From Octopus sinensis (taxonomy: Eukaryota), in assembly GCF_006345805.1 (NCBI RefSeq), contig NC_043014.1, positions 1,860,001 to 1,924,000 on the forward strand: DNA of 64,000 bases, read 5' to 3'. The first letter of the stretch is position 1. Every line of letters starts with the position of its first letter. Made by a program: the position numbers and the translations under genes. This document shows positions 27,508 to 39,369 of this stretch, piece by piece. A model generated the notes under the pieces. The model ran no database searches and was not told where the DNA came from. It saw nothing but the letters and a program-made list of their open reading frames with translations.

Positions 27508-27829
27508 ATATATTACTCAATTTAAATATTGATATAATTTTATAAAATAAATCAGAGTTCATAATCATCTTATGGGGTGGGTGGGGAGCGGTAAATGCAA
27601 TGTTCTATTTCAGGTATGCTGGATCAAAGAAAGAAAGAAAAAACAATATTGAATGTGCCCCCTTTCTTTTAAGACTGATGGGATGAGATTTGAGAGGGAT
27701 CTATTGGCTCTATAATCCGGTTACGTGTCCACGTAAAGGTCTCATTGACCCCTTGTGGGGAATGCATAACATGTTCCCCGGATGTGTACTCAAATACGTA
27801 TTGTGCTGTTTGTGGGGCTCACTGTGTAA

Positions 27830-28250
27830 TTCAGGTGTATATTGCATTGTTCAGGTGTATATAGTGATGGTGTTCAGGTGCGTATAATGTTGTTCAGGTG
27901 TGTATAGAATTGTTGCTCAGGTGTATATAATGTTGTTCAGGTGTGAACAGAATTGTTGCTCAGGTGTATATAATGTTGTTCAGGTGTGTATAGAATTGTT
28001 GCTCAGGTGTGTATAACGTTGTTCAGGTGTGTATAGAATTGTTGCTCAGGTGTGTATAACGTTGTTCAGGTGTGTATAGACTTGTTGCTCAGGTGTGTAT
28101 AACGTTGTTCAGGTGTGTATAGACTTGTTGCTCAGGTGTGTATAATGTTGTTCAGGTGTGTATAGAACTGTTGCTCAGGTGTATATAATGTTGTTACGAT
28201 GGATATAATGTTGTTCAGCTGTGTATGTTATTGTTCAGGTGTATATGGTG
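27830..28250. repeat. 43-bp minisatellite built from two ~21-bp subunits
   Basis: aa(t/c)gttgttcaggtgtgtataga(a/c)ttgttgctcaggtgt(a/g)tat at 27886, 27929, 27972, 28015 and onward; about 7 copies with degenerate monomers at the edges. Confidence 0.95.
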
Positions 28251-29049
28251 TTATTAAACTGTGTCATAACATACCTGTGGGTGTGGTTTAACAATTGCTT
28301 CCGTCATTATTTAACATCGATTATTTGTATTTATTGACATAATTGTTGCTATTATTGTTTGTAATCATTGTATTTGTTGGTGTTGCCATTGCAGTTGTTG
28401 TTGTTGTTGTTGTTGCTTTAATTCAACTAAAATTTAATTAAATCCTGCAAATATCACTAGTTTTTTACTATACTCTCTTTTACTTTCTTTTACTTGTTTC
28501 AGTCATTTGACTGTGGCCATGCTGGAGCATCGCCTTTAGTCGAGCAAATCGACTCCGGGACTTATTCTTTGTAAGCCTAGTACTTAATCTATCGGTCTCT
28601 TTTGCCGAACCGCTAAGTTACGGGGACGCAAACACACCAGCATCGGTTGTCAAGCAATGCTAGGGGGACAAACACAGACACACAAACATACGAAATTCCA
28701 AGAGAGTTTCAAAATACAAGAAGAAACTGAAGATGGCGGGAGAATACCTCGGCCAAAACGTTGTCACGGCACCGCTAAAGATGAAAACCTTAGCTCGAAT
28801 ATATCACTGTATAACAGTGTCAATTTTACATCTTAGAAAGTCAGGTAAGATTTCGGTCCAGCATTTGTATATACAAAGAGTATCAGGGCAGTGGAGTTTT
28901 ATTAGTGGGGGGATGGGTCTTATTTGCAGAGATAGAGCGTAACCAACCGGTTTCTCTTTCGTTAATGATGTTATGTAATACGGTTGAATGACACAGTTAA
29001 GGTGAGATGTGTGGATGCGTGGGTTGTTTGTGCAGAGGATTATAAAGCA

Positions 29050-29150
29050 GGTAAGGCTGTTATCATCTGCGAAGAGAAGGCCGTTAATGCCCACAGGCAA
29101 GAGTCTTGGGAACGAAACAGATCTCTGGGGTGCACCCCACAGTTGATCGA
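29050..29150 (-). mobile_element. Highly degraded non-LTR reverse transcriptase fragment
   Basis: WGAPQRSVSFPRLL...GLLFADDNSL resembles the GVPQGS and FADD motifs with an internal deletion. Confidence 0.4.
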
Positions 29151-29285
29151 ATGTGGTTATGATAGGACCTCACCTGCTCGTGTAAACCATTGAGGAATAA
29201 GAAAGAAACACAAGCAAAAATAATGTAGACACACACACACACACATACACACACACACTCACACACACTCACACACACACATACA

Positions 29286-29339
<54 letters not shown>

Positions 29340-29909
29340 AATATATATATAGAGAGAGAGAGGGGGAGAAAGAGAGAAAGCGATAGATATATTTCTTTAC
29401 TACCCACAAGGGGGCTAAACATAGAGGGGACAAACAAGGACAGACAAAGGGATTAAGTTGATTACATTGACCCAGTACGAAACTGGTACTTTATTTATCG
29501 ACCCCGAAAGGATGAAAGGCAAAGTCGACCTCGGCGGAATTTGAACTCAGCGATAGATAGAGAGATAGATTGATAGATGCGAAAAATAAGATTTGGAAAG
29601 GCGCTGAATGTATAAATTTGAATAAAGCAAGTTTTGTTTTTAACATCGGAGGAAAATATTCCTATTGTATAATCTACGTATACGAAAATAAAGATAGAAA
29701 ATGATGCTTCGACATAACAAGGTTGATGAGAATGACGGAATGTGTCTCATTCTGTCAATCTCTTTTTGTTTCTCTCTTCTCTAACATTATGCTATTATGT
29801 GAGTACACGTCGCTACATGTGTTTCCATGTCGATATCTCTGTGTTTCTATGCGTTTGTATCGCTTTGTGAAATCTGTGTGAAAAATTATTGCTTATTGTG
29901 TTGTTGCAG

Positions 29910-30016
29910 GCAAGCGGTGCCAAAATATATTATGTGCGCTGAGTGTGGGTCGACGATCCCGCAGCAGCCCAGTGCAATGTGCATGAAAACGGAACCAGTA
30001 AATTCTTTTGTTGGAG
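29910..30016 (+). CDS. Internal exon B of the Cys-rich gene (QAVPKYIMCAECGSTIPQQPSAMCMKTEPVNSFVG)
   Basis: ttgttgcag acceptor, GAG|GTAAAT donor, 107 bp, phase 2 to 1, single open frame. Confidence 0.6.
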
Positions 30017-31090
30017 GTAAATGTAGAACAATGAAATATAATTCCCTTTCCCTCCGTATTCTATTCCAGCCACGTCCCTATCGCCATTCCAATCAACATC
30101 CAACCTTCATTACAATCACCATTATACTACAACAGGAACTATTTGAACAAAATGGTAACAAAAGTGAAGGTCTTAATCCGATTCTTCTCTTGAAATAAAA
30201 CAAAGAGTTCATAAAGAGGCAAATTGGTTGAGCCGTCGGAGCATCGGATGAAACGGCCTTCGGTGCTTATTCCGGCTTATACAATTGGTTTCAAACTTTA
30301 GCAAAAGGTCGGCCGTTTCGTTGGGGAGGGGAATATAAGTCGATTACATCGATCCCCAGTGTTCATCTGGTGCTTAGTTGATCGACCCCGAAAGGATGAA
30401 AAACAAAGTCGGCCTTGGTAGCACTTGAACTCAGAACGTAAGATCGGAAGAAATGACACAGAGCATTTTGTCCGGCACGGTAACGATTCTGCCAGCTCGC
30501 TGCCTTCCGATTTTGTACAATTTGAGATCAAATCCCGCCGAGCATTCGATTGCTTTTTATTCTTCCTGGTGCCATATATAAAGTGCCAGATTCAAGCAGT
30601 GGACTGGCGAAATCCCTTGAGCGTTGCACGAGATGTCTTTTGGACTCTCTCCCAGAATTTTGTGCTCTGAGTTCAAATCTTACTAAAGTCTAATCGTGTA
30701 GTAGACTTAATCCGTCAGCCAGTTTTCCACCACCACCACCACTTGGCACATTTGGTTCTGTTGGCAGAAGCCATGAGATCCCCGTTGATATGTCATTGGT
30801 TTGTTATTGTAGCTACTTAATTTAAGTGTACTGATGTCGGCGACCAAGGGTTATTGATTAACAAAGCTATACGTTTTACAGCAGACGTCGAGTTCAAATC
30901 TTGCAGGTATTATTACATTTTCCGCCTTCTTCTTCTACATTACACATACACACATTAATGTATATACTTAAAACACACATTTATATATGTAAACTGAATA
31001 TTCATTTCATGCCGCTGTCATCTTCAGGCGAGAACTGTTACAACTTACCGTCCATTTATTACTTACAGTTTATGACTCTCTTTTTTTTTC

Positions 31091-31473
31091 TACTCTTTTT
31101 ACTTGTTTCAGTCATTTGACTGCGGCCATGCTGGAGCACCGCCTTTAATCGAGCAAATCGACCCCGGGACTTATTCTTTGTAAGCCCAGTACTTATTCTA
31201 TCGGTCTCTTTTTGCTGAACCGCTAAGTGACGAGGACGTAAACACACCAGCATCGGTTGTCAAGCAATGCTAGGGGGACAAACACAGACACACAAACACA
31301 CACACACATACATATATACGACGGGCTTCTTTCAGTTTCCGTCTACCAAATCCACTCACAAGGCTTTGGTCGGCCCGAGGCTATAGTAGAAGACACTTGC
31401 CCAAGGTGCCACGCAGTGGGACTGAACCCGGAACCATGTGGTTGGTTAGCAAGCTACTTACCACTCCTGCGCC
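31091..31473 (-). mobile_element. tRNA-derived SINE family A
   Basis: Reverse complement of the ggagtggctgtgtggt...ggttcagtccc...ccttgggcaagtgtctt...gactgaaacaagtaaaagag family. Confidence 0.88.
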
Positions 31474-32122
31474 TGTTGACATTTTTTTTTTTGGTATGTT
31501 AGTTGTCTGTTGTTTTCTTCTCTCTGGATTGACTACTTTGTTGTTTAACGTATATTTTCCTTGAATGTATTGGGTAGCCATGTTGGATGTTTGCATACAT
31601 TTTGTTATGCTATATTTTTTACTGAACTTACTACGAATGAATTAGTTTTGTCCATATCATTTTTATTTGTTGAATCTACACATTAAACTCATTAAGGTCA
31701 TTTGTGATCAATATGTGCTTGTGTATTTCGGTCAAGATTTTATTTTGTTAAAATGTATTTGTTTATGGGAAAAAAACATTTTGTAGGAGAATTATAGATT
31801 CATGGTCGAATGATTTTGTAAGCGATTCTGTGTGTACATCCTCCTCTTTTTCCTCCGGGTTGAGTTATGGAAGAGACGAGTATTTCTATCTGGTGTTTTT
31901 AACTATGCACGTGTTGTGTATTTATTTCTTTGGAGATTCTGCAGAAACCGGTAAAGCAAAGATCATCTTACCATAAATAATTGCTTTAACATATCCCATG
32001 ATGTACAAAATATACAGACAAGCAATTCTTGAAATTGTTTAAACTTGACCAAGACAGATTCCCAAAAAAACTATATCCATACCAAGAGATATAACTGAGC
32101 CACTTCGCCTTGTTGTAACAGT

Positions 32123-32165
32123 CCCCGCCTGAAGATCGATGCGGCGTAAAACTTGAGTCGCGCGA
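32123..32165 (+). ncRNA. Decayed hammerhead-like motif, second copy
   Basis: CCCGC-CTGAAGA-TCGATGCGGCGT-AAAAC-TTGA-GTC-GCGCGA. Confidence 0.35.
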
Positions 32166-32447
32166 TAAGTAACTAGTTTAAAAGAACCGTATACTTTACA
32201 TGTATTGAGTACTCTCTTCTTCATTCGTCCGATACATAACAACGTTTGAAAAATATGAGCGTATGCATGTATAAGTATATAGGCATACAAACACGCAAAC
32301 ATATATAAATGTAGGTTTATATACGTATTTATATAATACTCTTTCTCTTTCTCTCAGTCAATGTCATAGAATTAATTATAATGATTTAATTAGTGCCATT
32401 CTGTAATTATCACATCTGAATCTTTCTCAATGTGTTATTATTTGCAG

Positions 32448-32550
32448 CTGTGTTATCCGGGTACTTTACTGATGTCAAATGCGTTCGCTTTTGGATGAAT
32501 TACCATGAACACTGCTTGGTTCCCTTATATGAACCTCCAGAAGATACCAG
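32448..32550 (+). CDS. Internal exon C of the Cys-rich gene (VLSGYFTDVKCVRFWMNYHEHCLVPLYEPPEDT)
   Basis: ttattatttgcag acceptor, CAG|GTCAGT donor, 103 bp, phase 1 to 2. Confidence 0.6.
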
Positions 32551-32630
32551 GTCAGTTAATGTGTGTGTGTGCGTGCGTGAGAGAGAGAATGCAAGAAATG
32601 GCAGAGATTTCAGTTTACTCGTACAAGTAA

Positions 32631-33022
32631 TCTTTATATATAAAAGTGAAGTTGTGTGTCTGTCTCCAACGATTTAGATTCCTAACTACTCCCACATTTT
32701 GCGGTGCAGTTTAACCAAAACCGGGTATCTTATAGTCGTGATTCATATCGAGCCCTTCTGGGTATTAGCGCGCATCTACGATGAGTCTACGATTTAAAAA
32801 AAAAATTACCATCATTTTTTTCCATTTTAATGCATTTTTTCGCAATTATATAAGGGAAGTAACTCTCTAAAAATGTCTAGGATGAGTCAACGATTAAAAA
32901 AAAATTTACCATCATTTTTTTTTTTCCATTTTTAATGCATGCATTTTTTGCTATAACTTTCTAAAAATGCTTGTATAGTTATTTCCCTTACAAACCCGAG
33001 CAACGCCGGGCGATACTGCTAG
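32631..33022 (+). mobile_element. Non-autonomous Helitron
   Basis: 5' TC (TCTTTATATATAAAAG), 3' CTAG, inserted between A and T; subterminal hairpin CCCGAGCAACGCCGGG at 32995-33010; internal ~100-bp tandem duplication. Confidence 0.92.
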
Positions 33023-33135
33023 TAATCCCTAAATAAAGTCTATTTCGTTAGCTCTCTTCTCTGAAAAGCATGAACATCTTTTTTTCCATGTCGGTGACAC
33101 TTTTTATAAATAAACACCTTTTTTTTCTCTTCCAG

Positions 33136-33274
33136 CGTTCTGACAGCCATCGTTGAGTGTTACAGTATCTACAGAACCGATTTTGACAATTGTGGTGAAA
33201 ACGGTTTCATTGCCATGATAATGAGGGCAACCCACTTCGCTCCGATGGGTTCAACGCTTGACGTAGATCTTTCA
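33136..33274 (+). CDS. Internal exon D of the Cys-rich gene (VLTAIVECYSIYRTDFDNCGENGFIAMIMRATHFAPMGSTLDVDLS)
   Basis: ttttttctcttccag acceptor, TCA|GTAAGT donor, 139 bp, phase 2 to 0, only one open frame. Confidence 0.65.
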
Positions 33275-33387
33275 GTAAGTATCTATCGATATTATACAGA
33301 TTATATAGTATTATATTGAACAGAAGGATTAACCATATTAGTTAAACTGTAATGCATTTTGTGTTGTGTTTTTAAGGGTTTTTGATG

Positions 33388-33725
33388 GTCATCATCATCA
33401 TCGTCATCGTTTAACGTCCGTTTTCCGTGCTAGCACGGGTTGGACGGTTCGACCGGGGTCTGGGAAGCTAGGGGCAGCACCAGGCTCCAGTCTGATCTCG
33501 CAGTGTTTCTACAGCTGGATGCCCTTCCTAACGCCAACCACCCCGAGAGTGTAGTGGGTGCTTTTTACGTGCCACCGGCACGGAAGCCAGCTAAGGCGGC
33601 GCTGGCATCGGCCACGTTCGGATGGTGCTTTTTGTGTGCCACCGGCACAGAAGCCAGTCGGGGCGGCGCTGGCATCGGCCACGTTCGGATGGTGATTTTT
33701 ATGTGCCACCGGCACAGGTATCACA
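33388..33725 (-). mobile_element. Family D retroposon (RTE-like (GAT)n tail, internal ~60-bp tandem units)
   Basis: catcatcgtttaacgtccg...ggatgcccttcctaacgccaacc...gtgccaccggcac repeated. Confidence 0.8.
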
Positions 33726-33927
33726 ACTACTATTTCCATTGATATTTATTTCGATGATGGGTTCATATAACCCATAGCAAGACTTGCATGCGCTACCAAT
33801 CGAAAGCACCTCATACCAGACGTCAGTACATTACAGGGATCACTAGGAGAGAATGGGCACTGTTTCGAGACCCTCCTGACGACAGCTTTACAGTACACAG
33901 AGCCCCTCCTGCTCACTGGATCGACTT

Positions 33928-34223
<296 letters not shown>

Positions 34224-34874
34224 TCGAGGTTTTGTGTTCATCTGTTCCATAGTTAGGTTGCAGTTGATTTATTTACAAACTAATAGACTGACTCACAAAA
34301 CACTAGAAAACTACGATGGAATAAATATATCAGACAAAAAAAAAACGCACCAATTAAAACTACACAATCCTCACAGATGTGTATGATATTCCTTTCTACT
34401 GTAGGTACAAGGCCTGAAATTTGGTGGACGAGTCGATTATATCGACCCTACGGTTCAACTGATATTTACTTCAACGTCCCCGAAAGGATAAAAGGCAGAG
34501 TCGACCTTGTCAGCGTTTGAACTCAGAACGTAAAGACAGATGTAATGCTTAGCAAAACGATTATCGACACTTTATGCTTTTTGTTTTTTCTTCCAAGAAG
34601 CAAGAGAACAGCGGAAACCCGCAGGAAGCTCTGTGCTGTATACGAATAGGGTACAGTTACAGAACGTGTGTCAGAAATGGCTTTATGGTTTTCGAGATTT
34701 CGATTGGGGAAGTTTTCTGTTCACTAGAGATAAAAGCTTCTGAAGAATTCGTTGATGTTGTTTCATTCAATTCGTTTTTCTTTCTTTTTACTTATATATC
34801 TTCTTTTCGTTTTGCAGAAAATAACACAAGAAGGCAAGAACACGGAATAAGATTTATGCAGATAGGAAGAGCTG

Positions 34875-34954
<80 letters not shown>

Positions 34955-35849
34955 TATATATAATATATATAATATATATATTATATACACACATATATAC
35001 ATACATATATATATATGTATATACACACATATATACATACATATATATATATACACATATATACATACATATATATATACATATATACATACATATATAC
35101 ATACATATATACATACATACATATATACACGCATATATATATATACATATAGATACACATATACATATATATACACACACACACGTATACAGACATACTT
35201 GTATACACATACACACACACACACACACAATTGATAACACATCGTTAAACTCTAAACATGTATATTCAAAATTAGACAAAACGATCGCTGAGAACAGCAT
35301 ATCTCTTATGATAAAATTCAGAATAAAACGCAATTTCACATAGAGATCATAGTTTTCCTCCTCTACAGCTGTTTCAATGACGTTCACTAATCGTAACATT
35401 AAGACACCTGATGAAGAGAATTAAATTATGAACTATATGCCTTTTACTTTATCTGTGGTACTTGTTTTGATGGAGGAGGGACGTAAGTAAAATGCCGGAT
35501 AAGCGATCTGTTTGCTGTATATTAACTGGAAAACAAAGGATATATAATAATATATCGTCGCAAAAATAAAATTTTACGAGTTACGAAATAAGCAATGAAT
35601 TACAAAATTGGTTTTAACGGACACACCATGTAACTAAATGGTTGTTTCGATTTTTTTTTTAACTGTTTGCAACCAAATTTCAAGCTTTTCCCCCCTAATG
35701 AAACGCTTCTTGTTCAGCCATGTTGGTTTTTCTTTCCCCTGTATTAAATATTGTTTGAAAATAAAGCAAATATAAATTTTGGAGTGCTTTGCCTTTTTTC
35801 TTTTCATCATCATCATCATCATCGCTGATTTAATTTCCTATCTATTAGC

Positions 35850-36197
35850 TTTTACTTGCTTCAGTCATTAGACTGCGGCCATGCTGGGGCATCACATTTT
35901 AGTCGAATGAATCAACCCCAGTACTTATTCTATCGGATCTCTTTCACCAAACCGGTAAGTTACAGGGATGTAACCATACCAACACCGGTTGTCAACTGGT
36001 GGACGAGGGACAAACACGCATATATATATATACGATGGGCTTCTTTCAGTTTCCGTCAATCAAATCCATTCACAAGGCATTGGCCGGCCTGAGGTTAAAA
36101 TAGAAGACACTTAGCCAATGTGTCACACAGTGGGACTGAACCCAGAACCATGCCGTTGGGAAGCACACTTCAAAATCACACAGCCACGCCTGCACCT
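35850..36197 (-). mobile_element. SINE family A (diverged)
   Basis: Homology to 31091-31473. Confidence 0.75.
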
Positions 36198-36720
36198 ATA
36201 TATATATGTTACTTTGCCACGAGAGCATGGGTCAAACTGAATTCGTTGAAACAGATTTTCGATTGATGCCTTTCCTGTCATCAAACCTCCCTTGTTTCCA
36301 AGCAAGGTAATGTTTCCTCAAAGCTGGAAATGTTTCATAGGAAGACTGGAGACGAAGGACACCGCTTCCATCACAACTATGACATATCAAAACAAAGATT
36401 CACACACACACCCATACATAACAGGGGTGGAGGATTCTGTCCACCAAATCCACTGACAAGGTTTTGGCCTGCCAATGGCTATAGCGAAAACACTTGCTTG
36501 AGATTCCACACAGAAGAGTTGAACTCGTGACTGCACGGTCGGGAAGCAAACTTCTGAATCACTTGGTTATACTTGCACTCAGCTGTGATTGAAAGAACAC
36601 ATGGAGTAAAATATAGAAACCCAGAGAAAAATGAGAGCAAAATTTGATTTTATAATGAACATCATTTGGTACATAAGCATACATACAGCATCTAACGTGT
36701 TTTCTATGCTGGCATGGGTT

Positions 36721-36939
36721 GTTGTTGTTGTTGTTGTTGTTAAGCAACAAGACGGGTAAGGGTGATTAGGTGATGGGCTAGGGCTTAGGGGCGGGAGACC
36801 CCAGACCGTGAAAAAAAAAAAAAGAAACTTTGGTCATCTTGTTGTAGTCGAGGGCTCTTCGTTGACGCCTGACACCACTGGGACGTGGCCCTCGAAGTCG
36901 CTGGAAATGGAGATCTCCAGGTCCAAATTCTTGAACAGC
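36721..36939 (-). mobile_element. 219-bp structured retroposed element with (AAC)n tail, inserted in a family D copy
   Basis: 13-bp TSD GCTGGCATGGGTT at 36708-36720 and 36940-36952; homolog at 10200-10392. Confidence 0.85.
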
Positions 36940-37544
36940 GCTGGCATGGGTTGGATGGTTTGACAGGAGCAGGTAAGGCAGGGGAGGGGGTCACATGAGG
37001 CTCATTGTCTGTTTTGTAACGGTTTCTACAGCTGGATGTCCTTTCTAATGCCAATCACTTTCCACAGGGGACTGAGCTTTTTACGGGGCACCAGCACTGG
37101 TGCTTTTCCCAATCTTCTTTCAGAGTTACCCTCTTCCGAGGCATGCTGTCTTTACCATAGCCTACAACAATGGTTCCCAACTATTCTTCACCTCTGGAGT
37201 CCTTTGATTCCGATTCTACTCTACTGGACCCCTCATAGCTATTCAATGTTTTTAAAAAAATCGTTTCTTTTTATCCTTTTATTTGTTTCAGTCATTTGAC
37301 TGTGGCCATGTTGGAGCACCGCCTTTAGTCAACCAGATCAACCCCCCAGGAATTATTTTTTGTAAGCCTAGCACTTATTCTATCTGTGTCTTTTGCCGAA
37401 CTGCTAAGTTACAGGGACATAAACACACTAGCATTGCTTGTCAAGCAATGGTGGATGGACAAACACAGACACACAAACATATATATATACATATAAAACC
37501 CATGCTAGCATGGAAAGCGGACGTTAAACGATGATGATATATAT

Positions 37545-38573
37545 ATATCATCATCATCATCATCATCGTTTAAAGTTTTCCATGCTAGCATGGCTTGGAC
37601 GGTTCAACTGGGGTCTGGGAAGCCAGGAGGCTACGCCAGGCCCAGTCTGATCTGGCAGTGTTTCTAAGGCTAGATGCCCTTCCTAACGCCAACCACTCTG
37701 AGAGTGTAGTGGGTGCTTTTTATGTGCCACCTGCACAGGTGCCAGACGAGGCTGGCAAACGGCCACGATCAGATGGTGCTTTTTACGTGCCACCGGGCCA
37801 GATGTGGCTCTCAGCAGGTTGTCCCTTAGAGCCCTCCAGTTGTCTTCTACCCCCTGTGAAGCTATATCCCCTTCTACTTTGTCAAAGGCTTCAAGTAATA
37901 TGTCCCTAAGTCTCTGTCCATTCACAGGATCTTTAAGCTTCCAGATCCTTCTTCTCCAAGTTGGTCGTCCTCTTAGTCTTGATCCTAAAGTCACTAACTA
38001 CCAGTTTATGTTGTGGGGTACATTCTTCGCCTGGGAAGGTTTTGGCATTTATAAGCAGCCATCTTTCCCTTTTCCTGGTATGTCGGCCCAATCGGTAGGT
38101 GACTAGCTGGCTGGTTGGTTTCCTGAAGTTAGTGTTGCAAACCATAAGATCATTTGCATCGCAGAACTCCAGCAGCCTGGTTCCCTCCTCGTTGCGGGAA
38201 CCATAACCATAGCCCCCATGTACACCATAGAAGCCTCCAGCATGTCGTCCAACGTGACCATTGAAGTCACCAGCCACAAAGAGAAGGTCTCTGTCGCTCG
38301 TCAACGAGGTAGTCTGCAGAAGGGTGTCATAGAATCGGTCTTTCTGTTCATCGGGTAGCCCCGGATGAGGGGCGTAGGCTGATATAATGGTCGCTAATCC
38401 ATGATGAAGCACTAATCTAATCTTAAGTATTCTGTCACTTACTCCGATTACCTCAATTACCTTATCTACCCATTTTTCAGCGAGAAGTATACCCACACCT
38501 CCAACCCCGTCAGTGTTGCCTGCCCAGAAAATCTTGTACCTGTGTTCCTTGCCTGTGAGGAACCTAGCAGAAC

Positions 38574-38576
<3 letters not shown>
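37545..38576 (-). mobile_element. RTE-clade LINE apurinic endonuclease fragment joined to a family D 3' segment
   Basis: ARFLTGKEHRYKIFWAG...IISAYAP...VAGDFNGHVG...RLLEFC...CTPQHKLVV; IDYIL motif deleted with a frameshift; followed on the same strand by family D ending in (GAT)n. Confidence 0.88.
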
Positions 38577-38617
<41 letters not shown>

Positions 38618-39261
38618 ATGGGCTTCTTTCAGTTTCTGTCTATCAAATCCACTCACAAGGCTTTGGTCAGCTTGAGGTTATAGTAGAAGACATTTGCCCA
38701 AGGTGACATGCAGTGGGACTGAACCCGGAACCATGTAGTTGGTAAGCAAGATACTTCCCACACAGCCACTCCTGCACCTTTTTATGAAATATTTGGAATT
38801 TTATGAAAAAAAACATTGTTAGAATATTTTGTGCATTTTAGAAGCATAACCAGTTTATTACACAAATTTTAGCATCAATATCCTCTGTGGCCCAACCAAG
38901 GGTCATATGAACCCTGGGTGAGAACCCCTGACTTACAGAGTCCACACTACTTTTGGGTAATTAAAACAGAACCATTCTTCTGTGCTGCTGTAATTGTTTG
39001 GAATACCTGACTTCCTAGACAGGTGACCTTCATTATGGATGAAAAGAAAACCTGTGGCCTCATATTAACGAGAAGAATCTATGCTGATAGTTGTAGGTAG
39101 AGAATGAGGAATAAAAGTTGCAGCAGTTAAGTGAAGGGAGAGAACTTATGGCATCGGAAGTTCTGGGAATGAAGTTCTCAAAAACAAAACAACACAAAGT
39201 TTTAACAGAAGAAAGTAATTTTATTAAGAGATAAACCTGACCCAATGTAAAAAGCCAATAT

Positions 39262-39369
39262 TTAAAGAAGGTGAACAATAGCTGCAGTGAATACAAAAGA
39301 TAAACCAACCACCAGGTAACCACTCATGTAGAGAGTATTCAGTTTGAAGCCAGTTGCCCAGTCCCAGGC
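39262..39369 (-). CDS. SDHC: SDHC exon 6 ([35 protein letters not shown])
   Basis: ttctgtttcag acceptor, phase 0, TAA at 39262-39264; AATAAA at 39220-39225 on the minus strand. Confidence 0.95.
   Translation of the reverse strand, partial: AWDWATGFKLNTLYMSGYLVVGLSFVFTAAIVHLL

Noticed and set aside
27886-28200. Regular repeat array as a possible CRISPR
   Set aside because: Contiguous tandem units with no unique spacers, in a eukaryotic context with no cas genes.
28727-28762. CTGAAGA...CCTCGGCC-AAAACGTT hammerhead-like remnant
   Set aside because: G12 absent, helix II 5' arm broken, no helix I pairing and no second copy in the window.
29920-29985. IMCAECGSTIPQQPSAMC resembles the NMD3 N-terminal zinc motif
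   Set aside because: The next Cys of the second CxxC is absent and adjacent exons show no NMD3 similarity; treated as coincidence.
35401-35416. AAGACACCTGATGAAG, matching the 5' half of the family E hammerhead
   Set aside because: No helix II or GAAA follows; too short to call.
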